A program made the translations under genes and the position numbers. A stretch of 64,000 nt of DNA from Torpedo marmorata. Taxonomy: Eukaryota. The DNA is taken from positions 61,380,001 to 61,444,000 of the forward strand of contig OZ360239.1 of the NCBI GenBank assembly GCA_977017645.1, in the 5' to 3' direction. This document shows, piece after piece, positions 24,213 through 36,072 of the stretch; position 1 is the first letter of the stretch; every line of letters begins with the position of its first letter. The notes below the pieces were generated by a model. That model was given only the letters and a program-made list of their open reading frames with translations, made no database searches and had not been told where the DNA came from.

Positions 24213-25302
24213 AGCGGCACGGTTAGCTTAGCGATTAGCAGAATGCTATTACAGTGCCAGCGACCCGGTGTTGTGAGTGAGGAAACAGGTTTGGTGAGTC
24301 TCAGAGGCAAGGACTCCAGACACACAGTTTTGGTAGTAAGGGATTTTATTTATAAAAGGCAGCCGTGGGAAAATGGTAACAGATGCAACACACTCACACA
24401 CAATTTACAGCAGCAGTGGGAAAATCGGATCGGCAATAAAACAACGCGGACAAATAATAACAAACGTGGGAAAAAGTCAGGATGGCAATAAACAACACGC
24501 TCAACTTAATAGCGATCGAGGGAAAATCGCATGGGAACAAAGTACACACACACATACAACCAACTGGGTACATACAATAATCAAGGAAAAATCAATACGA
24601 TGCCCCACCACCTCTTGACTCAGTGCAGGCACGGCTCTATGCTACTTAGGGACACTAATTAAACGCTCCCAACCCTTTTAAACAGTGCACATCTTACCAA
24701 CAATTTCTCCAGCGCCCTTCCACAGTTCTAGGCCTGGAGTGAAACAGGGTGGTCCCAAGCTGGCAAAGAGGGAGAACAAAGAACACGTGGCACCTTTTTA
24801 GTGCTGGAGGGCTGGGGGGTCCAGCCCAAGTCGTTAGCAGGGGGCCAATGGCTCGGTGCCAGGAAGGTTAATCCAATTACAACAGTCAATGGCCCAAGGC
24901 CAGTACAGGCAGGCTGGAGGGTCCAGCCCAGGTAATTTACTGGAAGCCAATGGCTCGGTGCCAGCAAGGTTAAGCTGATTACAAAGGTCAATGGCCCAAG
25001 GTCAAGTACAAAGGAATTTAAATTGGCCAACGGCAAGGTGTGCACTAATTGGCGGGGTCAAACCTTGATTGGCAGGTGGTGTGTCCTCCGATTAGCCACG
25101 ACCCTTCCCAATACACCCGGGTTCGAATCCGATGCTGTCTGTAAGGTGTTTGTACATTCTTCCCGTGTCTACGTGAGTTTCCTCCAGCAGCTCCGGATTC
25201 CTTCCACCCTTCAAAAACGTACGGGGATTGTAGGTTAATTGGTGTATTTAAGGGGCACAGGCTCGAGGATCGGAAGGGCCTGTTACTGTGCTGGAAGCTA
25301 AA
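24213..25302 (+). mobile_element. V-SINE split by a solo LTR
   Basis: Head 24213-24268 ends cagcgacccgg and resumes at 25116 with cccgggttcgaatcc, V-core and tail. Confidence 0.9.
24269..25115 (-). mobile_element. Solo LTR (847 bp) with 5-bp TSD
   Basis: TG..CA termini; TSD cccgg at 24264-24268 and 25116-25120; minus-strand AATAAA at ~24346; ~103-bp tandem duplication with CCAAT boxes at ~24815-25010. Confidence 0.85.
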
Positions 25303-25737
25303 TTCTTTAAAAAAATTAAACATTATGGATCATATATGCCTTACTCAATTGGATTTCATTTACTGATAACTTTGCATAGCAACTTAATTCTTGCTTTGTA
25401 GGTAATAAGGAAAGCCAATTGATAATGACTGATAATGACTATTAAACAACAAATGACTCATATGCCCAGTTGATTGGTTAAGGTAATTTGAGTGAGACAT
25501 GGCAGCAACTTTTTAGCAAAACTTAGAAATTCTATGATATAATTTTGTTGACTTGGAGGATTACAAAGTTAATACAAAGATCAGTATTGTTTCTAGCCAA
25601 TGAACTGTTCCATTTGAGTACCCAGTTAATGTACCCAGTTTTGTAGGGAATTAATTGAGTTTAATGATATTGAGTTTAATGATATTGAGTGTATTGGCAT
25701 ACACATAAGTACAATGTAAATATGCCATGAAATTCTT

Positions 25738-28307
25738 TTTTATTTATTTATTATTTTATTTAAACTTTTAAATCACAAAATACATAAGATAAAATATAAA
25801 ATTATCAAAATACATGTGATATATTTTCACCCCCCCACCCTCCCTCCCCTCCCCAACCCCCCCATCCCCACTAATCTAATAAAAAATATAATAAAAAGTA
25901 AAGTAAAATAGAAATAAGAAATAAAAGAATAGAAAGAAAAGAATAGAATGAGGGGAATACCTTCTAAACTAATTCTATTACGGAGGTCAAGTATGCCAGC
26001 AGATCTGATATCTAGAGATCTTCAAATCCTTAAACCCACAGCTCTCATATATGGGCTCCAAATTTTCAAGAAAAAATGATATTTATTACGTAAATTATAA
26101 GTAATTTTTTCCAGTGGTATACACGAACGGAGTTCTGCATGCCGTCTTTCTAATCCTAAATCTAAATCAGATTTCCAAGTAATAGCAATGCATTTTTTTG
26201 AAACAGCTAAAGCAATTCGCAAAAATTCTACTTGATACATATTTAATTTCTTTTTAATACTAAATTTTTTAATATCTCCAAATAAAAATAACATAGGATC
26301 CATTGGAAATGCAATATTAAATACTTTATCTAAAAATTTTTTAACTTTCAACCAAAAATCTTGAATCTTTGGACAAAACCATGTAGAATGAACAAAAGAA
26401 CCTTCCTCTCTATTGCATCTAAAACATAAGCCTGATAATGTCGGATTAAATTTCTTTAATTTTTTAGGTGTTAAATATAATTGATGAAAAAAATTATATT
26501 GTACTAGTCTATATCTAACATTGATAATCTTCGTCATACTTAACTTACATAAATCATTCCAATGATTTTCATCTATATTTACATTTAAATCTAATTCCCA
26601 TTTTAATCTTGATTTATGCAATCCTATTTTAGGCATTTTCTTCTGAAACAATTTATACATTTGAGAAATGAATTTATTAACATCTCCATTAGTAACTAAT
26701 AATTCTAATTCATTTTGTCTTAGTAAAATCAAAGCATAACCTAATTTCTCAGTCAAAAAAGCTTTAACTTGATAATAAGCTAAAAATGTATTATCTGGTA
26801 TATTAAATTTATCTTTCATTCTTTGAAACGTAATAAATTTTCCAGCTTCAAAACAATCATTAATCTTCTTAATACCTTTTTGAAACCAAATTTTAAGTAA
26901 CTGATTATTAACAGTAAATGATATAAGTCCATTTTGATATAATGGCATATTTGAAGAAATTAATCCTCTTCCACCTATCTCTTTATCCGTCTTACCCCAT
27001 ATTTCTAACAAATGTTTAATAATTGGTGAATTTTTCTTTTTTAATAATATTAATTTAGAATCCCATTTATAAATAATTTCTTCTTTAAGATTTTCTCCTA
27101 TATTATTTAATTCTATTTTAATCCAAGCAGAAAATTTAGTTGAATCAAAAAATTCATTGACAAATTTTAATTGAGCTGCTTTATAATAATTTTGAAAATT
27201 AGGAAGTTGCAATCCACCCATCTCATAATTCCAGGTTAACTTTTCCATGCTTACTCTTGCTAACTTTCCTTTCCATAAAAATTTACTAATAATAAAATTT
27301 AAATCTTTAAAAAATTTTTGAGGAATTCCAAAAGGAATTGATTGAAAAAGATACTGAACTCTTGGAAAAATATTCATTTTAATACAATTTACCCTTCCCA
27401 TTAAAGTTATGGGTAAATCTTTCCAATTCTCTAAATCTTTCTTTATTTTCACAAATAATGGTAGATAATTTAATTTATATAAATTTTCCAATTTTGTATC
27501 AACCTTAACCCCCAAATATTTAATTCCTTCTTTAGCCCATTTAAATTGTGTAATTTCTTTACATCTAGTATAATCACCTTGAGATAAAGCCATTATTTCA
27601 CTTTTATCAGAATTAATTTTATATCCAGATATTTCACCATATTCTCTTAATATAATAGATAGTTGTTGAAGTGATATAATAGATTTTGTCATATATATCA
27701 ATACATCATCTGCAAACAAACTAATCTTATGTTCTTCCATACCAACTTTAATACCCACTATCTTAGGATCTTTTCTAACTAATTCAGCCAAGGGTTCTAT
27801 CGCCAAAACAAATAAAGCTGGTGACAGGGGACATCCCTGTCTCGTAGAACGTGTCAAAGAAAATTTTGGCGATATTTGTCCATTTGTAATTACTTTAGCT
27901 GATGGTTCTTTATATATAGTTTTAATCCAATTTATAAATGTATTTCCAAAACCAAATTTTTCTAATACCTTAAATAAAAAATTCCATTCTAATCTATCAA
28001 AAGCCTTTTCAGCATCTAATGTTACAACTAAAGGTAAATCTTGTTTCTTTTTATGCAAACTAATTAAACTAATTAATCTAGCTATATTATCCTTTGAATA
28101 TCTATTTTTAATAAAACCAGCTTGGTCTATATGTATCAAATCTGGCAAATATTTAGCCATTCTGTTTGCTAAAATTTTTGCCATTATTTTATAATCTACG
28201 TTTAATAATGAAATAGGTCTATATGATTCAGTTTTTAATACATCTCTATCCTTCTTTGGTATAACTGTAATTATAGCATTTAAGAATGTTTTCGGTAATG
28301 AATGAGT
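25738..28307 (-). mobile_element. L1-clade LINE, 5'-truncated, ORF2 RT to C-terminus open
   Basis: ORF 26022-28385 has YRPISLLNVDYKI, DAEKAFDR, TRQGCPLSP, SLFADD, CFRC..H..WFC. A-rich tail. 17-bp TSD tatgccatgaaattctt at 25721-25737 and 28308-28324. Confidence 0.95.
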
Positions 28308-28324
28308 TATGCCATGAAATTCTT

Positions 28325-29040
28325 GCTGCAACGAAACAGGTATGTAAGATACACCAACTACAACAGCATATATTAAATTTCCCAAATCTGGAAAGAGCTA
28401 ATGAATATAAAGGATAAATAGGTAAACTATTCACAGTTACAGTTTGTGCAAGAAAAGAAAAAGTGATATTTTAATAGTTCAAACAGATCTTTAAGTGGTG
28501 TCAGAGTAGTTTATGGTTAGGGTGGTAAGGGAAGTTCAAGACATAATAACCACTGGTAACCACTTGAACCCAGAGGTGCTGGACCTAATGTTTCTCTTCT
28601 TTTTACTGGAAGATAGCAGCGAGAAGAGGTTGTGACTAGGGTGATTGGGGGGTGGTGGGGTGGGTCCTTCATGAGGTTGGCTACCTTCTTGAGGCCACGC
28701 TTAACATAGATGTCTTCAATGGATGAGAGCTCGGAATCCATGATGGACTTGGTTATGTTTATTACCTTTTGAAGCCTTCTGCATTCCTGAGCACTTGAAT
28801 TACTAAACCAGGTCATGATATTTTCCACAGTGCACCTGTTGAAGTTTGATAGAGTATTTGATGACATGCCAAATCCCCCCAGACCTCTTAGAAAGTAGAG
28901 GCATTGGTGTGCATGCTTCACAGTTTCCTCAATGTGCTGGCTCCAGAACAGGACCTGCACTATGTGGATTTTCAGGAACTTGAAGGTACTAACCCTCTCC
29001 ACTGCTGTCCCATCAATGAAGACGTGTGTGGTCAATTTGC
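28325..29040 (-). mobile_element. Degenerate Rex1/Babar-type LINE (3' tail continues at ~25657-25737)
   Basis: ORF 28517-29035 VERVSTFKFL..AHQCLYFLR..TLSNFNRCTVE. Its 3' UTR is interrupted by the L1. Confidence 0.8.
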
Positions 29041-30504
29041 TTTATTGGACCTGTGGTGGTTAACTTAGAGTCCCATAGGCTCTTTCTGCATGTAATCATT
29101 GGTCTTGCATTTTGAAGGAAGCTTGATCATTTTCCAAAGAAGAATTTGATTTTCTTGGTTACTTAGTTTTTTCCAACTTATTTTAAACTCTTTTTTATCA
29201 TCATGGATGATGGATTAATTAAAAATTTATTGGATCAAAATCATTTGGATTTATCCATGATCCAACAGGAATTCCCTGAGAGCTGGGTGGAGAATCCTTC
29301 ATTCATCAATAGTTGCTAGAATCCAGCTTGTGTTCCCTTAGGAATAGAAGAATACAGGGTGGAGTCCTCGAGGTATCTAAAGTATTACACTTCAAAACTG
29401 TTGTTTTTTTTAAAGTAAGGGACACAGAACAAAGAGTGAGCCATAATCTTATTGAATGGTACATCACGTCCAGGAGAAAAGTGACCTATTCTTTCTTTTT
29501 CAATCTTTTTAATGTTTTTTTGAGAAAAAAAATAATGAGCTATTCTTAATGCTTCTATTTGGTGTTTTTGCCCAGTAATCCTTGCTCCTTCCCCCACCTC
29601 GCACGAACACCCACTCTGTCACCTCCCTCAAGGTGGTAGAGTGTGAAGGCAGTGGTGTTAATCCAGACACCTAACTAGTGTTTCCTCCCTGTTCGGCACT
29701 TCTTTGAAAGTCAGTCTTATTTCTTTTGTCATTTTCTCTCACCGTTATCCCCTTGAATGAGATTAATAGACCGTAGAGTAAAAGGATATATTGTCACTGC
29801 AGCAACCCTTTTATATTTGCAGTTATCAAACCCCATTAGACTGACTGGAGCAACCTTTCCAATGCATCAATCGACTGCATTGTTAAGATACAATAGGGAA
29901 TGGTGCTGCTGCCAAGAAAGTGGGGAAACTTTCTTTTAATGAGAGAACAAGGGAATTTGAATGATCTTTTTGGGCAGTGCACCAAGAGCTGTCCTTCTGA
30001 AGGTATATAGCTGTTCCGAGAGCTTGTGCCTCTCTTATCCTTTCCTTCTTCTACCTCCTCCTCCCACTAACAGGGGGAAGAGGAGCAAAATTACCAACTT
30101 TCAGTCAAAGCAGAAAATGACCTAAACATCTCTGTTATGAATCAAAAGGGATTTCAACAGATCTCTACTAATGTGAGTTTCAAAGCTGCATTGTCGGCAG
30201 AAGAATGAACAGCCTGCCCTCTGTTTACAGGACTGTCTATTGGCTCATGAAACATGCAGCATCTCATTAACGACCATTAACTGGAATCTCATGAAAAGCT
30301 TTTTGACAGGATTGCCCATGCTCATTGTTTACATCTTCTGGAGTGAGCAGGGATTTCCTGCAGACCTCATGCAGCGGATTAAATTCCTTCAGTGGCTGAG
30401 CAGTTACATGCACGAATATTTTGCTACACAAACCATTGCGTAATACTTGACAACTGAGACAGTTAGACGTTATGCTCCATGTATGAGGTGTACAAGTCAT
30501 TCTT

Positions 30505-30685
30505 TATCATAGAACGCTACAGCACAGATGTAGGCTCTTCAGCCCATCTACTCCGTGCTGGACTATGATTCTTCCTAGTCCCATTGACTTGCACCCAGAC
30601 CATAGCCCTTCACACCCCTCCTATCCATGTACCTGTCTAATATTTTTTTTCTTAAATGTCAAAATCGAGCCTGCATTCAATATAA
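30505..30685 (-). mobile_element. CR1 3'-end fragment
   Basis: catagaacgctacagcacaga..aggctcttcagcccatc is the reverse complement of a CR1 3' terminus. Confidence 0.65.
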
Positions 30686-31657
30686 TTCTGATTTACTTCA
30701 CTCCTGCAATTGTACTTGAATTTTGGTCCAAAGTTTGCTTGCCACCAAAAAGAAAATTTGAGACGAACAGCAGAGATGTATTTAATGAAAACCAGGTAAA
30801 GGAGAACGGCACAAAAGCGTCTGCAGATAAGATTACATCAGGAGGAGGATCAAGTGAACTATAAACTTTGGGACAAACAGTATCATGGAATGGGCTGTAT
30901 CTGTGCTGTGCATTCTATGTAATTGTTTAAGAAAAATCCCCTCAAAATCTTCAGAGTTCGTCAAAATCCATCTTGCCTTCATGAAGAATATGTGGTGCCT
31001 GTCCTTCAGTAGCAATCACTGGGTTATTGGTGGAGGAGTCAGTTTTCTACATCAAACTGTGGCTAATTGTTGCATTAAGTGCATTGGAGTGATTCTCCTT
31101 TTGTGGGGAGGCAGAAGAGGCTAAAACCTTTCCTATTCAGACATACCGCAGTAAAACATGAAAGTCTGCAGACACCATGGTTGAAGTAAAAACACAATGC
31201 TGGAGAAACTCAGCGGGTAAAACAGTGTACTTTATGTAGCAAAGATAAAGATACATAACCAACGTTTCAGGCTTGTGATATACCTATCAATGACTTACAC
31301 GAGTCAAGAAGTACAGGAAATCAATAGGCTTTTATTACCAGAAATCAGGCCAGGGCGAAGCTACACTTTGACCTGTTGATCCCTGCTGGACTGTCCCGGA
31401 ACTGTGGGTGGAGTCAGTGGCTCAAGGCCTTTATTCCAGGGGAGAGGAGGAGGAGTCACCGGGACAGACAGACAGGACATGATCAGACTTGCCCCAGCCC
31501 ATAATATATACATTGGTACAATAGTGGTTTACCACATTCACCCCTTCTTTTAAAACAAGTTCGACGGGGGGGGGGGGGGGTGAAGTGGTCACCGTAATTA
31601 CCGTAATTAATAGCGCACACAAATATATACAAATTATTTACATAGCAACCATCACAT

Positions 31658-33973
31658 CTACAGATTGAGTCTATCCGGCGGTCGGGCTCGCCGCTGTGAC
31701 CTGCGTAAGATCTGCGGTGATGGCGCGGGCGATGATGGTAGTTGTGGCTGTGGAACGAGGGTGGGGTGGGTCTGGGTCCGGGTTGCCTCCTGCCTGGCTT
31801 GTGGCTCGTCCAACTCCGGCTGGGGCGTTGTACCCGCCGTGCTGGGAGGCGGATGAGGCGGAGGGGGCAGCTGTGACCAGGCGTTCCCGCTGTCGGGGAC
31901 CTCTTCTGACGCTCCTGCAGGCGCCAGGTCCCGTATTGACACCGTGTCTTCCCGCCCGTCGGGGAAGACCACGAATGCGTACTGCGGGTTCGCATGGGTC
32001 AGCTGCACCCTCTCGACCAAGGGCTCGTACTTGCTACTCCGAAGATGTTTGCGGAGTAGCACCGGTCCCGGGGACGTCAGCCAGGCAGGGAGGGTAGTTC
32101 CGGTGGTCGATTTTCTAGGGAAGGAAAAAAGACGTTCGTGAGGGGTAGTGTTAGTGGCGGTACATAACAGGGATCGTATAGAGTGGAGGGCGTCCGGGAG
32201 AACCTCCTGCCAGCGGGCCACTGGCCACCCTTTTGATTTTAGAGCCAGTAGCGTAGCTGTCCATTCCGTGGCGTTCTCCCTCTCCACCTGTCCGTTCCCC
32301 CGCGGGTTGTACCCCGTGGTCCTACTGGTGGCGATGCCTCGGGTCTGCAAGTACTGCCGCAGCTCCTCACTCATGAACGCGGATCCCCGGTCGCTATGGA
32401 CATAGCAGGGGAACCCGAACAAGGTGAATACCTGGCGGAGGGCTTTAATAGCCGAAGCCGCCGAGGTATCGGGGCAGGGGATGGCAAAGGGGAACCGCGA
32501 GTACTCGTCGATGATATTAAGAAAGTACACGTTGCGGTTCGTGGAGGGAAGGGGGCCCTTGAAGTCTATACTGAGACGTTCAAAAGGGCGGGTGGCCTTG
32601 ACCAGCCGTGCTTTGTCGGGGCGGTAGAACTGCGGTTTGCATTCCGCACAGACCTGGCAGCTGCTGGTCATAGTCATGACCTCCTCCAGGGAGTAAGACA
32701 GGTTCCGTGCTTTTATAAAGTGGAACAGCCTGGTAACTCCTGGGTGGCAGAGGTCGTTATGTAGGGAGTATGCCCGGTCGATCTGCGCGCTGGCGCACGA
32801 TCCCCGGGATAGAGCATCGGAGGGCTCGTTGAGCTTCCCGGGCCGGTAAAGGATGTCGTAATTGTAGGTGGAGAGTTCTATTCTCCACCTCATGATTTTA
32901 TCATTTTTTATTTTACCCCGCTGCTGGTTGTTAAACATGAATGCGACGGAGCGCTGGTCCGTCAGCAGGGTAAAATGTTTTCCGGCGAGATAGTGCCTCC
33001 AGTGCCGAATAGCCTCAACTATGGCCTGGGCCTCTTTCTCTACCGCGGAGTGCCGAATTTCGGGGCCTTGAAGGGTGCGGGAGAAAAACGCTACCGGTCT
33101 TCCCGCCTGGTTGAGGGTAGCAGCCAGTGCGAAGTCCGATGCGTCACTCTCTACCTGAAAAGGTACCGACTCGTCCACCGCGTGCATCGCTGCTCGGGCG
33201 ATGTCCCCTTTTATGAGGTCGAAAGCCTCACATGCCTCCGCTGCCAGGGGAAACTTGGTGGATTTGACGAGGGGTCGGGCTTTGTCCGCGTAGTTTGGGA
33301 CCCACTGCGCATAATACGAGAAGAACCCGAGGCATCGTTTAAGGTCTTTGGGGGTATGGGGAATCGGAAGTTCCAACAGGGGGCGCATGCGGTCGGGGTC
33401 GGGTCCAATCACCCCGTTCTCCACGACGCACCCTAGGATAGCGAGTCGGGTAGTCCCGAACACACATTTCTCCTTGTTATAAGTGAGGTTCAGCGTCTTG
33501 GCCGCCTGTAGGAACTTCCGAAGGTTCCTATCGTGATCCTGGCGATCATGACCACAAATGGTGATGTCGTCCAGGTACGGGAAGGTGGCAGTGAGTTTGA
33601 ACTGGTCAATGATCCTGTCCATCTCCCGTTGAAACACAGATACCCCGTTTGTTACCCCGAAGGGGACGCGCAGAAAATGGAATAATCTGCCGTCTGCCTC
33701 GAAAGCGGTGTACGCTCGGTCTTCCCGGCGGATCGGAAGTTGGTGGTAAGCCGACTTTAGATCAATGGTGGAGAATATTTTGTACTGCACAATCTGGTTG
33801 ACCATATCCGCGATTCTCGGCAGCGGATAGGCATCCAGTTGCGTGAACCGGTTAATGGTCTGACTATAGTCCACCACCATCCGGCTCTTAGCCCCGTTCT
33901 TCACTACGACTACCTGAGCTCTCCAGGGGCTGTTACTGGGTGCTATGATCCCTTCCCCCAGTAGACGATGCAC
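31658..33973 (-). CDS. pol (RT-RNaseH-integrase) of Gypsy copy 2, open for 771 aa
   Basis: RMVVDY, IDLKSAYHQL, VPFGVTN, YLDD, SDASDFA..EKEAQAI..LTDQRS, HHCC and DDE integrase motifs. Confidence 0.92.
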   Translation of the reverse strand: MHRLLGEGIIAPSNSPWRAQVVVVKNGAKSRMVVDYSQTINRFTQLDAYPLPRIADMVNQIVQYKIFSTIDLKSAYHQLPIRREDRAYTAFEADGRLFHFLRVPFGVTNGVSVFQREMDRIIDQFKLTATFPYLDDITICGHDRQDHDRNLRKFLQAAKTLNLTYNKEKCVFGTTRLAILGCVVENGVIGPDPDRMRPLLELPIPHTPKDLKRCLGFFSYYAQWVPNYADKARPLVKSTKFPLAAEACEAFDLIKGDIARAAMHAVDESVPFQVESDASDFALAATLNQAGRPVAFFSRTLQGPEIRHSAVEKEAQAIVEAIRHWRHYLAGKHFTLLTDQRSVAFMFNNQQRGKIKNDKIMRWRIELSTYNYDILYRPGKLNEPSDALSRGSCASAQIDRAYSLHNDLCHPGVTRLFHFIKARNLSYSLEEVMTMTSSCQVCAECKPQFYRPDKARLVKATRPFERLSIDFKGPLPSTNRNVYFLNIIDEYSRFPFAIPCPDTSAASAIKALRQVFTLFGFPCYVHSDRGSAFMSEELRQYLQTRGIATSRTTGYNPRGNGQVERENATEWTATLLALKSKGWPVARWQEVLPDALHSIRSLLCTATNTTPHERLFSFPRKSTTGTTLPAWLTSPGPVLLRKHLRSSKYEPLVERVQLTHANPQYAFVVFPDGREDTVSIRDLAPAGASEEVPDSGNAWSQLPPPPHPPPSTAGTTPQPELDEPQARQEATRTQTHPTLVPQPQLPSSPAPSPQILRRSQRRARPPDRLNL

Positions 33974-34136
33974 CTCCGCCTTAATGAATGCCCTGTCCCC
34001 TGCACTGTATCGCCTACTTTTCGTTGCTACAGGCTTACAGTCAGGGGTCAGGTTGGCGAACAGTGATGGGGGTTGGGTCTTCAGCGTGGAGAGACCACAG
34101 GTAGTCTGGGGCGTATTAGAGGGCCGTCTGGACGGT

Positions 34137-34608
34137 AGATTTCAGGGTCAGGTCGGCGTGTTCCAGCAATCGCTGGCGAATGTAAACCGACCTGAGCCCC
34201 ATAATAAACGTGTCCCTTGCCAACAGTTCAGCGTGTTGCTCAGCCGTCAGGGCTCGGCAATCGCACGCCCGCACCAGTAGCTGCACGTCCTGGATGTACT
34301 CGGAGATCGACTCCGGGTCGCTGGCGCCGTTGCGATAACCTGTGCCTCGCGTAGACCGCGTTCACCGGCGTCAGGTACAGTCTTTTAAGGGTTCCCAAGG
34401 CAGCCTCGTAGGTTTCGCAGTCTCTGACGGTGTTATACACCCGTTGGCTTACCCTAGACATGAGGATGTCGAGTTTATCCTCGTCGCTAGCCGCTCTGGT
34501 CGACCTCAGGAAGGCTATGAAGCAGCGTAGCCAGAGTTCGAAGGTACTTGCGGCGTCTTGGGCCAGGGGGTCGATGTCCAGCTTGTCTGGCCTCAGAAAA
34601 TTCTCCAT
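34137..34608 (-). pseudogene. gag N-terminal half of Gypsy copy 2
   Basis: MENFLRPDKLDIDP...ARHRLSQRRQRPG, then a frameshift at ~34312 and truncation at ~34137 by the deletion. Confidence 0.85.
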
Positions 34609-36072
34609 CAGATTAAGAACTGGTAATAAAATTGATATACCTATCAATGACTTACACGAGTCAAGAAGTATAGGAAATCAATAGGCTTTTATTACCAGAA
34701 ATCAGGCCAGGGCTAAGCTACACTTTGACCTGTTGATCCCTGCTGGACTGTCCCGGAACTGTGGGTGGAGTCAGTGGCTCAAGGCCTTTATTCCAGGGGA
34801 GAGGGGGAGGAGTCACCGGGACAGACAGACAGGACATGATCAGACTTGCCCCAGCCCATAATACATACATTGGTACAATAGTGGTTTACCACAGCTTGAG
34901 CCTGTCATCAAGGTATGACAAAATGTAGGCAGGCGCCCGGTTGGGGTAGTCTTTGCTATATAAAGTACACTGTTTGACCTGCTGAGTTTCTCCAGCATTA
35001 TGTTTTTACTATCCAGACATACCCCTGTATCCCACCTCTACTCCTCTTCCTCCAGAGAGTCTCTCTCACAAAATCCCTTTCTTGCTGATAGATTTTTAGC
35101 TGAACCACTCCCATCCTTCGGAAATCTAAAGCAGATCTATTTTACGAGTCTGGAGCTGGTCACATCAAAGAGCGACACATTTGCCTCTTGCTTGAGCTAT
35201 TCTTACAGGTGCTCAGTGCTAATTTTCTGTTCATAAATAGAATCATAGAAATTTACAACACAGTATGAGGCCATTCAGACCATTATAGTCGAGTCGATTA
35301 CGCACATCAAGAGTAATGCAGTGTTTTGAAAGGCTGTTGTTGAAGCATATCAGATACTGTCTGAGCGGTGACATGGATCCGTTCAAATTCGCCTATCGTA
35401 GCAACAGGTCTACGGCGGATGCCATCTCACTGGCTCTACACAAAGCCCTGGAACACCTGGGCAGCAAAGATGCATACATCAGGGTACTCTTTATCGACTA
35501 CAGTTCGGCATTTAACACCATCATCTCCTCAAAATTGATCAGCAAACTTCAAGACCTGGGACTCAACACCCCACTGTGTAATTGGATCCTGGATTTCCTC
35601 ACCTTCAGACCACAATCATTGAGGATTGTTAAGAACATGTCCTCCACAATCTCCATCAGTAAGGAGCACCACAGGGCTGCGTCCTTAGCCCCCTGCTCTA
35701 CTCGCTATACACCTATGACTGTGTTGCTCAGTACGACAACAACACCATCTACAAATTCGCTGACGATATCACAGTGGTAGGTTGTATAAAAAGGGGGTAT
35801 GAGTTGGCATACAGGAGGGAGATTGAAAACTTGGCTGAATGGTGCACCAACAACAACCTTGCACTCAATGTCACCAAAACCAAGGAGCTGATTGTTGAAT
35901 TCAAGAAGGGAAAACCAGAGGTATACAATCCAGTGAACATTGGGGGATCAGAGGTGGAGAGGTGAGCAAATTTAAGTTCTTGGGAGTCACTATCTCAGAG
36001 GAACTTTCCTGGACCCAACACACCAATGGCATCATGAAGAAAGCACGTCAGCAACTCTACTTCCTCAGGAGT

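Larger units (their letters stand above)
31276..34893 (-). mobile_element. Gypsy (Mag-type) LTR retrotransposon, copy 2, gag C-terminus and protease deleted
   Basis: LTRs at 31276-31536 and 34633-34893 (about 4 differences by eye). 5-bp TSD gcttg. PPT at 31537-31549. Confidence 0.95.
31150..35012. mobile_element. Penelope-pLTR-derived inverted element split by Gypsy copy 2
   Basis: Minus pLTR arm 31150-31275 continues at 34894 (gcttgagcctgtcatcaaggtatg); plus arm ~34950-35012. Confidence 0.8.

Noticed and set aside
26022-28385. 787-aa protein with a novel hydrophobic N-terminus
   Set aside because: The first ~26 codons come from flanking Rex1 3' UTR and the TSD read in frame with a truncated L1 ORF2; a chance fusion.
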